From an archaeon (lineage in GTDB: Archaea; Nanobdellota; Nanobdellia; Woesearchaeales; UBA9642), in assembly GCA_020057295.1 (NCBI GenBank), contig JAGVGF010000002.1, forward strand, positions 64,001 to 128,000: 64,000 nt of DNA, written 5' to 3'. The position numbers and the translations under genes are program-made. Below the pieces are notes generated by a model. That model did no database searches. It was not told where the DNA came from and saw nothing but the letters and a program-made list of their open reading frames with translations. The stretch's first letter is position 1. Each line of letters begins with the position of its first letter. This document shows, piece by piece, positions 30,814-40,877 of the stretch.

Positions 30814-31601
30814 TTTCTCCAAATCATCCACGGACAATTATTTTCTTTACACATTTTGTTTAATTCTTCATAATGCTTATATGTATCCATTGAAAACCAA
30901 AAATTACAATTTTTGTATGTAGCTAAACCACCTGCTTTTAATATATCCTTTAATGGTTTTTCTTCTAATACACAATTTTCATCTTCTGATAAAAAGTCAA
31001 AAATTCTTTTATTACATATCATCCATCCACCGTTTATATGTCCCTCTAAAAAAGGTTTTTCCTTAAAAGATATAGCAAATTCTTCCTTGGAATCATGCTC
31101 TATCACTCCAAAAGGAGATTGTGCTCTAGTTGTGAGTAAAGTAACTACTGCGCCAAGTTTTTTATGTTTTTTGTATCCCTCTAGAATATCAACATCAGCA
31201 ACACCGTCGCCATATGTCAAGAAAAAATCTTCATCATCACCTAAATATTTTTTAATTTTTGCAACTCTAGCTCCTGTTGATTCGTTTTCTCCAGTATATG
31301 CAAAAGTAATTTTCCAATCTTCTATACTATTATCATTATTGTAGAAATATTCTTTATTATTATCAATAAGATTGAATTTAAAATCATAAGCCATTTCGCG
31401 ATAGTGAATAAAGTATTCCTTAATCATGTCCGATTTAAACCCGAGACAAAGAATAAACTCTGTTATGCCATAATGGGCATAAATTTTCATGATGTGCCAT
31501 AGTATCGGTTTGCCACCTATCTCCACTAACGGTTTTGGTTTGTATTCGGTTTCTTCACGCAACCTAGTACCTTTACCTCCACATAAAATAACTGCCTTCA
31601 T
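30810..31601 (-). CDS. rfbF: Glucose-1-phosphate cytidylyltransferase
   Basis: LCGGKGTRLREET..KPKPLVEIGGKPILWHIMK, TYGDGVAD, INGG, MDT. Confidence 0.92.
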   Translation of the reverse strand: MKAVILCGGKGTRLREETEYKPKPLVEIGGKPILWHIMKIYAHYGITEFILCLGFKSDMIKEYFIHYREMAYDFKFNLIDNNKEYFYNNDNSIEDWKITFAYTGENESTGARVAKIKKYLGDDEDFFLTYGDGVADVDILEGYKKHKKLGAVVTLLTTRAQSPFGVIEHDSKEEFAISFKEKPFLEGHINGGWMICNKRIFDFLSEDENCVLEEKPLKDILKAGGLATYKNCNFWFSMDTYKHYEELNKMCKENNCPWMIWRK

Positions 31602-31723
31602 TCTCTCAAATATAATTGATTATTTATTAACTTTTCGATATATTCTTATTATTTTATTGACTATAAGGTGTAATACTATTCTTGAAATGTGTTATTTAAA
31701 AGCGTTCTTTAAAATTTTGATAA

Positions 31724-32833
31724 TTAGAACTTTTTTTGAAGAAATATAAACTTTACCTCTTCTATAAATAGTTTTTCATAGGCATAATCTTTCATTGCTC
31801 TTTTGTATCCAACTTTAGCTATTTCTATACGTTCTTTATGATTTTTTAGGTAATATTCAATTAACTGTATTGCTTCGGTCATATTATCGTAACAACATAT
31901 TTCTTTTCCAACATTAAATAATCTCTGATGACCTTTAGGATTATCTGTAACTTGTAAAATACCATTTAAACACAATTCATACGTCCTAGAATTACTAGGT
32001 CCCCATTTTTGATGGCAATTAAAGCCTATTTTAGATCTCTTGTAAATTTTCTTAACTTCTGACTCTTCCAAATATTCAACTTTTGGTAGTGGATAAAACA
32101 AATTTATAAATTTGTAAGCCCATCCTATTACTCCTGATTCTTTTCTAGGATCATATCTTCCGTATAATTTAAATGTAGGAAATTTCTTATATATTTGGTG
32201 TAATCTTTTCCATTTCCTCCATTGAATCGCTCCGATATAGACTATGTCGATATCTTTCTCTTTATAATTAATTATTTTATTATCATAATGCTTTGGATTA
32301 GGAAATATGGGCATAAATCTTACGTTTTTAACTCCAAAAGATTTTATTTTTTCTTGGATTGTAATGTTTTTGTTGAATTGTACTCCATGACATATAACTT
32401 TATCATATTTAGGCGCATAATTTTTTGTTATTAAATATGTATCCTCTGGATCATCAGCAAAATGTGTTATTAGTTGTACTTTGTTATTTCGCAATATTTT
32501 TAGATATTTGTCAGAAAATAGGAAATAAGGCATAACCACGTTTTTTATTTTGTTTTTGATTATAAATGAGACGGCATCATCTCCAAATTTTTTATACCAT
32601 TCAGCACTATCTGCTTTTTGAAGTGTTCCAACAGGAGTCTTGTGCCCGTTTATTGTCAGAACCTTTGGTATGTTTAAACTCAGATAATTAAAGTATTCGC
32701 TCGTCATATAGTATATTGTTAAATCTTTTTCTGAAGATATTTTTTTAAGTTCACTTGTTATTGCTATATTCCATCCAAAAAATATTTTTTTACTTCCGTT
32801 GCCAATACTCGAGAATTTATTTATATCCATCAC
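31724..32833 (-). CDS. GT-B glycosyltransferase, CgeB-like (Glyco_trans_1_2)
   Basis: DDP, SKIGFN, NSRTYE, LFNVGKEI, ERIEIAKVGYKR pattern. Confidence 0.75.
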   Translation of the reverse strand: MMDINKFSSIGNGSKKIFFGWNIAITSELKKISSEKDLTIYYMTSEYFNYLSLNIPKVLTINGHKTPVGTLQKADSAEWYKKFGDDAVSFIIKNKIKNVVMPYFLFSDKYLKILRNNKVQLITHFADDPEDTYLITKNYAPKYDKVICHGVQFNKNITIQEKIKSFGVKNVRFMPIFPNPKHYDNKIINYKEKDIDIVYIGAIQWRKWKRLHQIYKKFPTFKLYGRYDPRKESGVIGWAYKFINLFYPLPKVEYLEESEVKKIYKRSKIGFNCHQKWGPSNSRTYELCLNGILQVTDNPKGHQRLFNVGKEICCYDNMTEAIQLIEYYLKNHKERIEIAKVGYKRAMKDYAYEKLFIEEVKFIFLQKKF

Positions 32834-32835
32834 CT

Positions 32836-33447
32836 TTATTTTTCAGCTATAAGATATACTTCCCATAAAAAGAATCTTAAAGGCGGAAGTCTAAGATATC
32901 TTTGACTATTGTTATTAAACATTCTTACTAAGGAATATTTTGATTCTATAATCTTAAAATCAAAATTTTTTACTAGATTAACTAACTGTCCATGAGTACA
33001 CGGTCTTACGTGTGTTTCATCCTCCCAGAAGTACGGGTTGTATGGTGTTGGAGAAAATATGTGTATTTTTCCTCCCTTCTTTAAAATTCTAGCACATTCT
33101 TTTATAAAATGTATTTGTTCATACGTTCCCATATGTTCTAAAATATGTGCACAGTAAATTGCATCAAACATTTTATTGTTATATGGTATTTTTTCCTTTG
33201 AAACATCGCATTTTTTTACTATAAGTTTTTTCTTTCTACAAATATTTAAAAAGTAGTCATTATAATCTAATCCGTAATATTCTGCCTTTTTTTTGATAAT
33301 ATGTTCGGAAAGAGAACCGTTTGCACAACCAATGTCTAATACTTTCATTCCTGGAGAAATGTTGTCTAGTAATTTTTTAATTCTCCAATTAGGTTTTTTT
33401 TGTTTTACTGATATATCCTTTCTTTCAACATAATATTTAAGGTTCAT
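32836..33447 (-). CDS. Class I SAM-dependent methyltransferase
   Basis: VLDIGCANG, HILEH, RILKKGG, EDETH. Confidence 0.85.
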   Translation of the reverse strand: MNLKYYVERKDISVKQKKPNWRIKKLLDNISPGMKVLDIGCANGSLSEHIIKKKAEYYGLDYNDYFLNICRKKKLIVKKCDVSKEKIPYNNKMFDAIYCAHILEHMGTYEQIHFIKECARILKKGGKIHIFSPTPYNPYFWEDETHVRPCTHGQLVNLVKNFDFKIIESKYSLVRMFNNNSQRYLRLPPLRFFLWEVYLIAEK

Positions 33448-33491
33448 TGTATACTCCTCAAGTTTTATTTTAAATAGTTATTGTTTTTTTT

Positions 33492-34970
33492 CTAGTTACG
33501 CATTTGTGTTATATAACTCATTATCTCTTTCAGATTTATTATCTTACATAGGAATAATATTATAATATAAGTTAATATGCTTATAGCTGCTAGGCATCCA
33601 AAATATATTATTCCTGATCCGATGTATATTTTTTGTATAACTATACCTGATATAATTGTTAGGAAAGCTGCTACAGATGTTATTGCCCATTGTCTTATAG
33701 GTGAATTTATATCTAATATTTTTTTTAGTAATTGTGTAGATAATATTGCCGAGAAAATCACACTTATCATAGTTGCTACCGCAGCACCAACAATATCGTA
33801 TTTTGGAATAAGTATAAAATTTAATATTATATTCATAACGGCAGCGTATATCATTATTTTTACGAAGTGTTTTGTATGACCTGTTGCCGAAGTTATCATA
33901 TTGTTTATACTGGTTATTGTAGAGAATAACATTGCTACAGATAAAACTTTCAAAACTGTTACAGCACCAAGATATTTTTGGCCAAATAATATATTTATAA
34001 GTAATTCGGGGAATAAAAACAATATTATTGTAATAAGTGCTGATGCGATAAAAAAATATTTTTGTATTAGAACTATCCCTTGATTAAGGGTTGATTTCTT
34101 TTTTTTCTTATACAATTCAGAAATCATAGGGTAAGCGACTGCAAATAACACTGGTATAAAATAAGTTACTAATGTGGCAATTGGAAGTGCTGCTTGATAT
34201 ATTCCTACGGACTCTAAACCTTTAAAGTATGTTAACATCAAAGTGTCTGTTTGGGTAAGTACTAATCCGATCATGCTTGTGATTGCAATATAAAATCCGT
34301 ATTTGAATATTTTTTTGAATAAAATAGGATCAAACTTAGTTTTTATTTTGAAAAATTCTGGAAAAATTATTTTTATAAATGGGAAATACACCACAAGTAA
34401 AGTTATATTCATAGAAAGATACGCTAAGAACGGACTTATTCTACCGATGTGTAAATATAAAAATAAAAGCGTAAATGCTATAGCACTTATTTGGCGTAAT
34501 AGTTCCATAGAAGAATTTAAGGCAGGTTTTTGAAATCCTAAAAATAAATTTGTAAAAAACATTGTTATGGGGACAGTTATAAACCATAAACTCATTATAA
34601 TAAAAGATGTGGTGTCTGTTATATGAAATATTTTTGGTAATAAATATGGCGATAATATAAATAGAATAATACTAATAATTATAGATACTGCTGTTTGAAA
34701 ATAGAAAGAGTACACTATTATGCTCTTTATATCTCTTTTTCTTTTTTCTATTTTGAAATCAACTATGTGCTTAGAAACTGCTTGCATTAATCCTAAATCT
34801 GTAAATATCATAAAGATAGAAAAGAAGGCATAAAATGCATAAAATAAACCATATTCTGCAACAGTTAAGTTTCTAGCTAAAACTAATCTGAATAAATAAG
34901 CCGCTATGGAAGCGAAAATTGTTATCACAAAAACTATACTTATTCCTCTTAGTGCCTTCTTTAAATACAT
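33492..34970 (-). CDS. Oligosaccharide flippase (Wzx/MOP family)
   Basis: About 14 TMs, LARNL..AEYG, TDLGL, TDTLML, VGIYQAA, LIPKYDIVGAA. Confidence 0.9.
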   Translation of the reverse strand: MYLKKALRGISIVFVITIFASIAAYLFRLVLARNLTVAEYGLFYAFYAFFSIFMIFTDLGLMQAVSKHIVDFKIEKRKRDIKSIIVYSFYFQTAVSIIISIILFILSPYLLPKIFHITDTTSFIIMSLWFITVPITMFFTNLFLGFQKPALNSSMELLRQISAIAFTLLFLYLHIGRISPFLAYLSMNITLLVVYFPFIKIIFPEFFKIKTKFDPILFKKIFKYGFYIAITSMIGLVLTQTDTLMLTYFKGLESVGIYQAALPIATLVTYFIPVLFAVAYPMISELYKKKKKSTLNQGIVLIQKYFFIASALITIILFLFPELLINILFGQKYLGAVTVLKVLSVAMLFSTITSINNMITSATGHTKHFVKIMIYAAVMNIILNFILIPKYDIVGAAVATMISVIFSAILSTQLLKKILDINSPIRQWAITSVAAFLTIISGIVIQKIYIGSGIIYFGCLAAISILTYIIILFLCKIINLKEIMSYITQMRN

Positions 34971-35079
34971 GAATTAGCAGGATATTTTTGGGTTTTTAAA
35001 TCTTGTTAACTTTTGCTCTTATATTCCTCGTTTTATGGAAGATTGATTCACTAAATTAATAAATGCTTATTTTAGCTTT

Positions 35080-36267
35080 ATGTATGTGAAAAAGCCTGAT
35101 AGTACCAAAAAAATTAAAGTCATCTGGATGGTTCATTGGCCTAATCCCATATACACTAATATTGCTAATAAATTAGGAAAAAAAGTTGACTTGACACTAG
35201 TTTTTCTAGATTATCATAAGGAAACAAATTTTTCAAAAAATAATTATACAGCTAAATTTTTGCCTTTTATAAAAAAACCTTTTAACATAATATTTTTTCC
35301 ATATTATATAACGGCATGGTTTCATAAATTAAATTTGGATTTGCCTTTATTATTTTATTATACTAATTTGGATAAATATTTGGATTCTCAGAAACCTGAT
35401 GTTGTAATATCTAATTTATGGTATGAGCCTGGTACTGTGCAAGCTGCAATGTGGTGTAAAAAAAATCATGTATCATTAATTCTACAGGATGAAACACAAC
35501 GATGGCCAACCAACAATGTTGCAAGATTTGGAACAAAAATAATATCTAAAATTTTAAAGAATGTTCTATTCAGGCAGTCTAGTTACATTCTTCCTTGGAC
35601 TAAAGACGGAGTAGATTTTGTAAAAAAGAATTTTACGCTAGATGCAAAAAAAGTGTTATTATTACCAGCGGGAATCGATACGAAATTATTTTATCCTATA
35701 TCTGTTAAAAAAAATTCTACGTCACTAAATTTATTATTAGTTGCCAGAATGGCTCCGTTTAAAAGACATGTGGATGCGCTTCTTGCCATGAATTATCTAA
35801 AAGAAAAAAATAACATTAATGTCAAATTAAGTTTATTAGGAAGTGGAGTTGAAAAACTAGTACTTGAGAAAAAAATAAAAGAATTACACCTGGAGAATTC
35901 TGTTCACATAATAGACGGTGTTCCTTATACAGAGATGAAAAAGTTATTTTGCAAACATGACATATTGATACTTCCTAGTTTCAACGAGGCTATTGGCATG
36001 GTGGTTCCGGAAGCTATGGCTTGTGGTTTACCTGCGATAATTTCTGATACTTGCGGAGCTAAAACATATATTCAAGATGGAGAAAATGGTTTCATATTCA
36101 AAACTTATGATTATAAAGATTTAGCAGAAAAGATATTACTTTTATCGGATAATAATCTTAGAAAAAAATTTAGTGAAAACGCTGAAAAAAATATTAAAGA
36201 TAATTTTGATGTTGATGTTATTGCAGAGAAATTAAATAAAATAATAAAACAAAGCATAAAAAAATAG
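35080..36267 (+). CDS. GT4 (GT-B) glycosyltransferase
   Basis: PAGIDT, ARMAPFK, EAIGMVVPEAMACG. Confidence 0.9.
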   Translation: MYVKKPDSTKKIKVIWMVHWPNPIYTNIANKLGKKVDLTLVFLDYHKETNFSKNNYTAKFLPFIKKPFNIIFFPYYITAWFHKLNLDLPLLFYYTNLDKYLDSQKPDVVISNLWYEPGTVQAAMWCKKNHVSLILQDETQRWPTNNVARFGTKIISKILKNVLFRQSSYILPWTKDGVDFVKKNFTLDAKKVLLLPAGIDTKLFYPISVKKNSTSLNLLLVARMAPFKRHVDALLAMNYLKEKNNINVKLSLLGSGVEKLVLEKKIKELHLENSVHIIDGVPYTEMKKLFCKHDILILPSFNEAIGMVVPEAMACGLPAIISDTCGAKTYIQDGENGFIFKTYDYKDLAEKILLLSDNNLRKKFSENAEKNIKDNFDVDVIAEKLNKIIKQSIKK

Positions 36268-37200
36268 TTAAATAGCTCTTTTGTACCATTCTATCGTTTC
36301 TTTTAATCCTTCTTCGAATGTTTTTATTGGCTCGTATCCTATAAGTTCTTTGGCTTTCGTTATCTGTGCTTTAGAATGTTTTATATCTCCTTTTCTGTGT
36401 GGTACATATTGTGGTACTATGCTTGTTCCAAGATGTTTATTTATCATTTCTATTAATTGATTGAGTGTTACGCTTGAGCCGCAAGCTATGTTTATTACTT
36501 CTCCTGCACCTTTATGGCTCTTGGAAGCTAAAATGTTTGCATGTACATTATTTGCTACATACGTGAAGTCTCTAGATGTTTCGCCATCACCATATATTGT
36601 TGGCTGTTCTCCTCTCATTATCATTGTGATAAATTTTGGTATAACGGCAGCATATTCGCTATTGGGATTTTGATACGGTCCAAATACATTAAAATATCTT
36701 AGTGATATTGTTTCTAAACCGTATAGTTGATAGAATTGTCTCGCATATACTTCACCAGTTTGTTTTGTTAATGCATAAGGTGATAATGGTGACGCTGGCA
36801 GATTTTCATGTTTAAATTCTACATTTGCATCACCATATGCAGAACTTGATGCAGCATAAACAACTCTTTTTACTCCTTGATCTCTTGCCGCTAATAATAC
36901 ATTTAATGTTCCTGTTGCATTATTATGATGACTTGCCATAGGATCAGCTATAGACCTTGGTACTGATGGTAAAGCTGCTTGATGTAACACATAATCTGCT
37001 CCCTTAAATTTCTCTTGTAGTAAAGCTAAATTCGTTATATCTCCTTCAATAAAATCTATTTTGTTCATTACGTTCTTTAAATTGTCTTTTCTACCAGTTA
37101 GCAAATTATCAATTACAGTAACTTCTTCTCCTAATTCTACTAATTTTCTGACAATATTTGAACCTATAAATCCTGCTCCACCAGTAACAATATATTTCAT
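36268..37200 (-). CDS. UDP-GlcNAc(A) 4-epimerase (WbpP/TviC-like SDR)
   Basis: TGGAGFIGS, HQAALPSVPRS, SPYALTK, LRYFNVFGP, YAAVIP. Confidence 0.85.
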   Translation of the reverse strand: MKYIVTGGAGFIGSNIVRKLVELGEEVTVIDNLLTGRKDNLKNVMNKIDFIEGDITNLALLQEKFKGADYVLHQAALPSVPRSIADPMASHHNNATGTLNVLLAARDQGVKRVVYAASSSAYGDANVEFKHENLPASPLSPYALTKQTGEVYARQFYQLYGLETISLRYFNVFGPYQNPNSEYAAVIPKFITMIMRGEQPTIYGDGETSRDFTYVANNVHANILASKSHKGAGEVINIACGSSVTLNQLIEMINKHLGTSIVPQYVPHRKGDIKHSKAQITKAKELIGYEPIKTFEEGLKETIEWYKRAI

Positions 37201-37209
37201 TTTATCACC

Positions 37210-38490
37210 TTATAGTCTTATATAATTGTATTTATTTTTTAAAGCTTCGTTTTTATCGTAGTATCCTTTTACATCCACAAACAATTTCTCTCCGTTAAAA
37301 AATTTATCGTAGTCCTTAAATGTCATATTTGCAAATTCTTTGTGTGGAACTGTTAATATTATTCCGTCCACTTTTCCAACTTCTGATAATGAGATATTTT
37401 TTACTCCGAATTCTTCTTCATCAATTTCTTCTTGTGTAAGATACGGATCGTGTGCTATAATGTCTACACCATAGTTTCTTAACTCTTCGATTATATCTTT
37501 AGTTTTACTATTTCTATGGTCTCTTACGTTTTCTTTGAATGTCAATCCTAGAATAAGTACTTTGGATCCTTTAATTGGTTTACCTATTTTGTTTAATCCC
37601 TTAACTGTTAATTCTGCAACGTGCTCGCCCATGCTATCGTTTATTGCTCTTCCGGCAAGTATTATTTGTGGCGTATATCCTAATTCTTGTGCCTTATGTG
37701 TTAAGTAGTATGGATCTACACCAATACAGTGTCCTCCTACCAATCCTGGAGTGTATTTATGAAAATTCCATTTTGTTCCAGCAGCATTTAATACTTCTTT
37801 TAAGTCTATATTCATCTTATTAAATATTAATGATAATTCATTCATTAGTGCAATATTTAAGTCTCTTTGAATATTCTCAATTACTTTTGCAGCTTCTGCA
37901 ACCTTGATGTTTTCTGCTCTATAAATCTTTGTAAAACTTCCATACACTTTTGCAATAATTTCTAAACTTTCAGCATCTATTCCAGAAACTATTTTTGTGA
38001 TTCTGTCAATGGTGTGTTCTTTATCTCCCGGGTTAACTCTTTCAGGACTATAACCTATCTTCCAATCTATTACACATTTCAATCCAGAATTTTTCTCAAT
38101 TATAGGAATGCAAATATCTTCTGTAACTCCAGGATATACTGTGCTCTCATAAACAACTATGCTTCCTTTGCTGATATATTTTCCGACGGTTTCAGAGGCT
38201 TTAATTACAAGTGTTAAATCAGGAGTTTTAGCTTTAGTAATCGGTGTTGGAATAGCTACAATAACAAAGTTAGATTCAGTGATTGATTTCGGATCTGTCG
38301 TGTAGATTATTTTAGAATTTTTTAGTTCTGATGCAGTCATTTCTCCCATAGGATCGATTCCTTGTTTCAGTGCATCTATTTTTTTCTGGTTTATATCAAA
38401 TCCACTTACTGGAAAATGTTTCGAAAGATTTATCGCTAATGGTAAGCCGACATATCCCATTCCTACGATACAAACCCTAATATTATCCAT
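37210..38490 (-). CDS. UDP-N-acetylhexosamine 6-dehydrogenase (TviB/WbpO-like)
   Basis: GMGYVGLP, ESTVYPG, YSPERVNPG, ENIQRD, GGHCIGVDP, GLTFKEN. Confidence 0.88.
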   Translation of the reverse strand: MDNIRVCIVGMGYVGLPLAINLSKHFPVSGFDINQKKIDALKQGIDPMGEMTASELKNSKIIYTTDPKSITESNFVIVAIPTPITKAKTPDLTLVIKASETVGKYISKGSIVVYESTVYPGVTEDICIPIIEKNSGLKCVIDWKIGYSPERVNPGDKEHTIDRITKIVSGIDAESLEIIAKVYGSFTKIYRAENIKVAEAAKVIENIQRDLNIALMNELSLIFNKMNIDLKEVLNAAGTKWNFHKYTPGLVGGHCIGVDPYYLTHKAQELGYTPQIILAGRAINDSMGEHVAELTVKGLNKIGKPIKGSKVLILGLTFKENVRDHRNSKTKDIIEELRNYGVDIIAHDPYLTQEEIDEEEFGVKNISLSEVGKVDGIILTVPHKEFANMTFKDYDKFFNGEKLFVDVKGYYDKNEALKNKYNYIRL

Positions 38491-38586
38491 AAAATCACCT
38501 TGCTATTGAGATAGTGTGGTATTATAAAAACATATCTGAGTAAAAATACATAAAAACGAAGAATTTAAATATATAAATCTGTTTTT

Positions 38587-39624
38587 ATGTATATTATGAT
38601 TAAACTAGACTTAAAAGATAAGAAAATATTATTTATGCTTAGTAATGACGCTAGCCTTAATTATTCGAAAATTGCTAAACATCTACGAATGTCTAGAGAT
38701 GTTGTTGTCAATAGAATTAAGAAACTTGAACAAGAAGGCATAATTAAAGCATACAAACTCGGATTAAACTATAAATTATTAGGATATGACGAATATGATG
38801 TGTACATAAAATTAGTTGGTGTGAATGCAAAGATACAGCAAGAAATAATACATGAATTCGAATCGAACAAATATGTTAGTTGGATTGGCTCATGTTTTGG
38901 AAATTATGATTTAAGAATAAGTATCCAAGCAAAAACTAACGAACAAGCACTAATTGTGATATCACATATTTTATCTAAATATCGTGATCATGTTCAAGAC
39001 CAAGAGATAGTATCTCTAACTAAAAAATATAAATTAAATGCTGAAGTGTTTGTCGTTGATTTATTCAAGGAATTAAAAGAGTTTAAAATTCCGGAAAAAC
39101 GACTTAAACGAATCGATGTACCCGGAAAAATTTCTTTAGACAAGGAAGATAGAGAATTAATTAAAATACTTAATTCTAACCCTACTGCCTCTTTGGTTAA
39201 TATTGCTGCAAAAATTGGGATGACTCCTGAAGGTGTAAAATATAAAATTACACGTCTTAAAGAACAAGGCGTAATAACAAGAATTTATGCGATAATTGAT
39301 GGTAATAAGTTAGATAGAATGTGGTGTACATTTGTATTCAAAATTAATATTAATGAAGATTTAGAAAAAGAAGTCGAATCTTATTTACTATCAATGAAAA
39401 ATGCAACAGCTGCTGTAAGACTTATGGGTAAATGGGATTTAGGATTAACTATATATGCTCCATCAATACGTGAAATTAACGAAGTTTTGAATGGCTTTAA
39501 AAATAAATTTAAGGATCACATCAAAGATTACGATGCGTTAATAATAATGGATATTTACAAGTATCCGCATATAGCTGAGGGTGTGCTTGAAGATAAACTT
39601 GTGAATAAACAAAAACCTTTATAA
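38587..39624 (+). CDS. Tandem (double) Lrp/AsnC-family transcriptional regulator
   Basis: Two wHTH+RAM units: LDLKDKKIL...IAKHL..SRDVV.NRIKKLEQEGII and LDKEDRELI...IAAKIG.TPEGVKYKITRLKEQGVI. Confidence 0.85.
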   Translation: MYIMIKLDLKDKKILFMLSNDASLNYSKIAKHLRMSRDVVVNRIKKLEQEGIIKAYKLGLNYKLLGYDEYDVYIKLVGVNAKIQQEIIHEFESNKYVSWIGSCFGNYDLRISIQAKTNEQALIVISHILSKYRDHVQDQEIVSLTKKYKLNAEVFVVDLFKELKEFKIPEKRLKRIDVPGKISLDKEDRELIKILNSNPTASLVNIAAKIGMTPEGVKYKITRLKEQGVITRIYAIIDGNKLDRMWCTFVFKININEDLEKEVESYLLSMKNATAAVRLMGKWDLGLTIYAPSIREINEVLNGFKNKFKDHIKDYDALIIMDIYKYPHIAEGVLEDKLVNKQKPL

Positions 39625-39646
39625 ATAAACTTTTGTTCCTATCTAT

Positions 39647-39761
39647 TGAACGGCCATAGCAGATTGGTTACACCCGATCCCATCTCGAACTCGGAAGTTA
39701 AGCAATCTCACGTTTCGTTGTGTACTGCACTCACGTGTGGGAAATTCGATTCGCTGTTCAC
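39647..39761 (+). rRNA. rrf: 5S rRNA, not linked to 16S/23S
   Basis: CGGCCATAGC, CACCCGATCCCATCTCGAACTCGGAAGTTAAG core, GTACTG, terminal helix TGAACGGC/GCTGTTCA; TTTATAAA about 25 nt upstream; T-run downstream. Confidence 0.93.
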
Positions 39762-39770
39762 CTTTTTTTA
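39762..39770 (+). terminator. Oligo-T archaeal terminator after 5S rRNA
   Basis: CTTTTTTTA directly after the 5S 3' end. Confidence 0.55.
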
Positions 39771-39872
39771 TAATTCTAATATTACATTAAATTCTAATCA
39801 TACCTATTCCTATTTTTGTTCTTTAACAAACTATATAAATAATTATTTACTTCGTAATAGTAAGGTTAAATC

Positions 39873-40421
39873 ATGGCACCAAAGATTGAGTATATATCTG
39901 ATTTATTAGTAATTGAACCAGAAGTTTTTTCAGATGATAGGGGAGAGTTTCTAGAAACGTATAATGAAGAAAGATATTTAAGACTTGGAATTCCTAAGTT
40001 AGTACAATTTAATCAATCTTACTCAAAAAGAGGAGTTCTACGCGGGTTACATTATCAAATAGCTCCACACGCTCAGGGAAAACTTGTTAGCGTAGTTTCT
40101 GGAAACGTGCAAGATGTTGCTGTAGATTTAAGATTATCTTCAGAAACTTTTTTAAGATATTTTGTTACAGAATTATCAGGAGAAAATAAGAAACAAGTAT
40201 GGATTCCTCCAGGATTCGCACACGGATTTTTAGTACAGTCGGATGGTGCCGTATTTCAGTACGGCTGTTCAAACTATTATAGTAAAGAACATGAAAGAGG
40301 AATTATTTGGAATGATCCACAATTAAATGTTCCTTGGAACATAACTTGTATTGATGTGAATTGTTTGTCTGATAAAGATAAAGTTTGGCCATCATTAAAA
40401 AATGCAAAAGATTTTTTTTGA
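39873..40421 (+). CDS. rfbC: NDP-4-dehydro-6-deoxyglucose 3,5-epimerase (RmlC)
   Basis: DDRGEFLE, QFNQSYS, LRGLHYQ, DVAVDLR, PPGFAHGF, WNDP. Confidence 0.92.
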   Translation: MAPKIEYISDLLVIEPEVFSDDRGEFLETYNEERYLRLGIPKLVQFNQSYSKRGVLRGLHYQIAPHAQGKLVSVVSGNVQDVAVDLRLSSETFLRYFVTELSGENKKQVWIPPGFAHGFLVQSDGAVFQYGCSNYYSKEHERGIIWNDPQLNVPWNITCIDVNCLSDKDKVWPSLKNAKDFF

Positions 40422-40437
40422 GTAAAACTTTAGTTAT

Positions 40438-40608
40438 TTAACTCATCCATTCTTCAAATTTTTTTTGAGCTAGATTTATGTCTGTGTAAATTCTTGTTTC
40501 ATGTTGATTAATAATTTTTATCTCTCTCTGCACTAAATAAAAAATATTGTGGCCTTTCTGTACCTCAGAAATTTTCACTTCCCAGTTTTTCTTGTTAAAA
40601 GGCCACAT
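40438..40608 (-). CDS. Small hypothetical protein (56 aa)
   Basis: Manual translation MWPFNKKNWEVKISEVQKGHNIFYLVQREIKIINQHETRIYTDINLAQKKFEEWMS; fills the gap exactly and is co-oriented with the upstream 81-aa gene. Confidence 0.6.
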   Translation of the reverse strand: MWPFNKKNWEVKISEVQKGHNIFYLVQREIKIINQHETRIYTDINLAQKKFEEWMS

Positions 40609-40631
40609 TTTATTTTGGGGTTGATTAAGAA

Positions 40632-40877
40632 TTACGCCACGCTCTCTTTTAAGTATTCTCTACCTTCCTTTATTATATTCTTTATATCGTCGTCAGTTAA
40701 TTCTTCCTCAGTAACTTTAATGCTGTTAGCAAGTACTGCTCTATAATAGTCTGTAGGCATTATGTGTGTAATTATGGTTCTATGTATTAAGAACCTGCCA
40801 TTCTTGCTTGTTGTTATTTTACTCTCAATTATTGGCATCTTTTTCAGATGTTTTTCTCTCTTATTGCTTAATCCCAT
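40632..40877 (-). CDS. Small hypothetical protein (81 aa)
   Basis: ORF with GGAGG RBS; beta-hairpin-like MPIIESKITTSKNGRFLIHRTIITHI. Confidence 0.7.
   Translation of the reverse strand: MGLSNKREKHLKKMPIIESKITTSKNGRFLIHRTIITHIMPTDYYRAVLANSIKVTEEELTDDDIKNIIKEGREYLKESVA

Noticed and set aside
39646-39909. 87-aa ORF in the track
   Set aside because: It is a translation of the 5S rRNA gene and its AT-rich trailer
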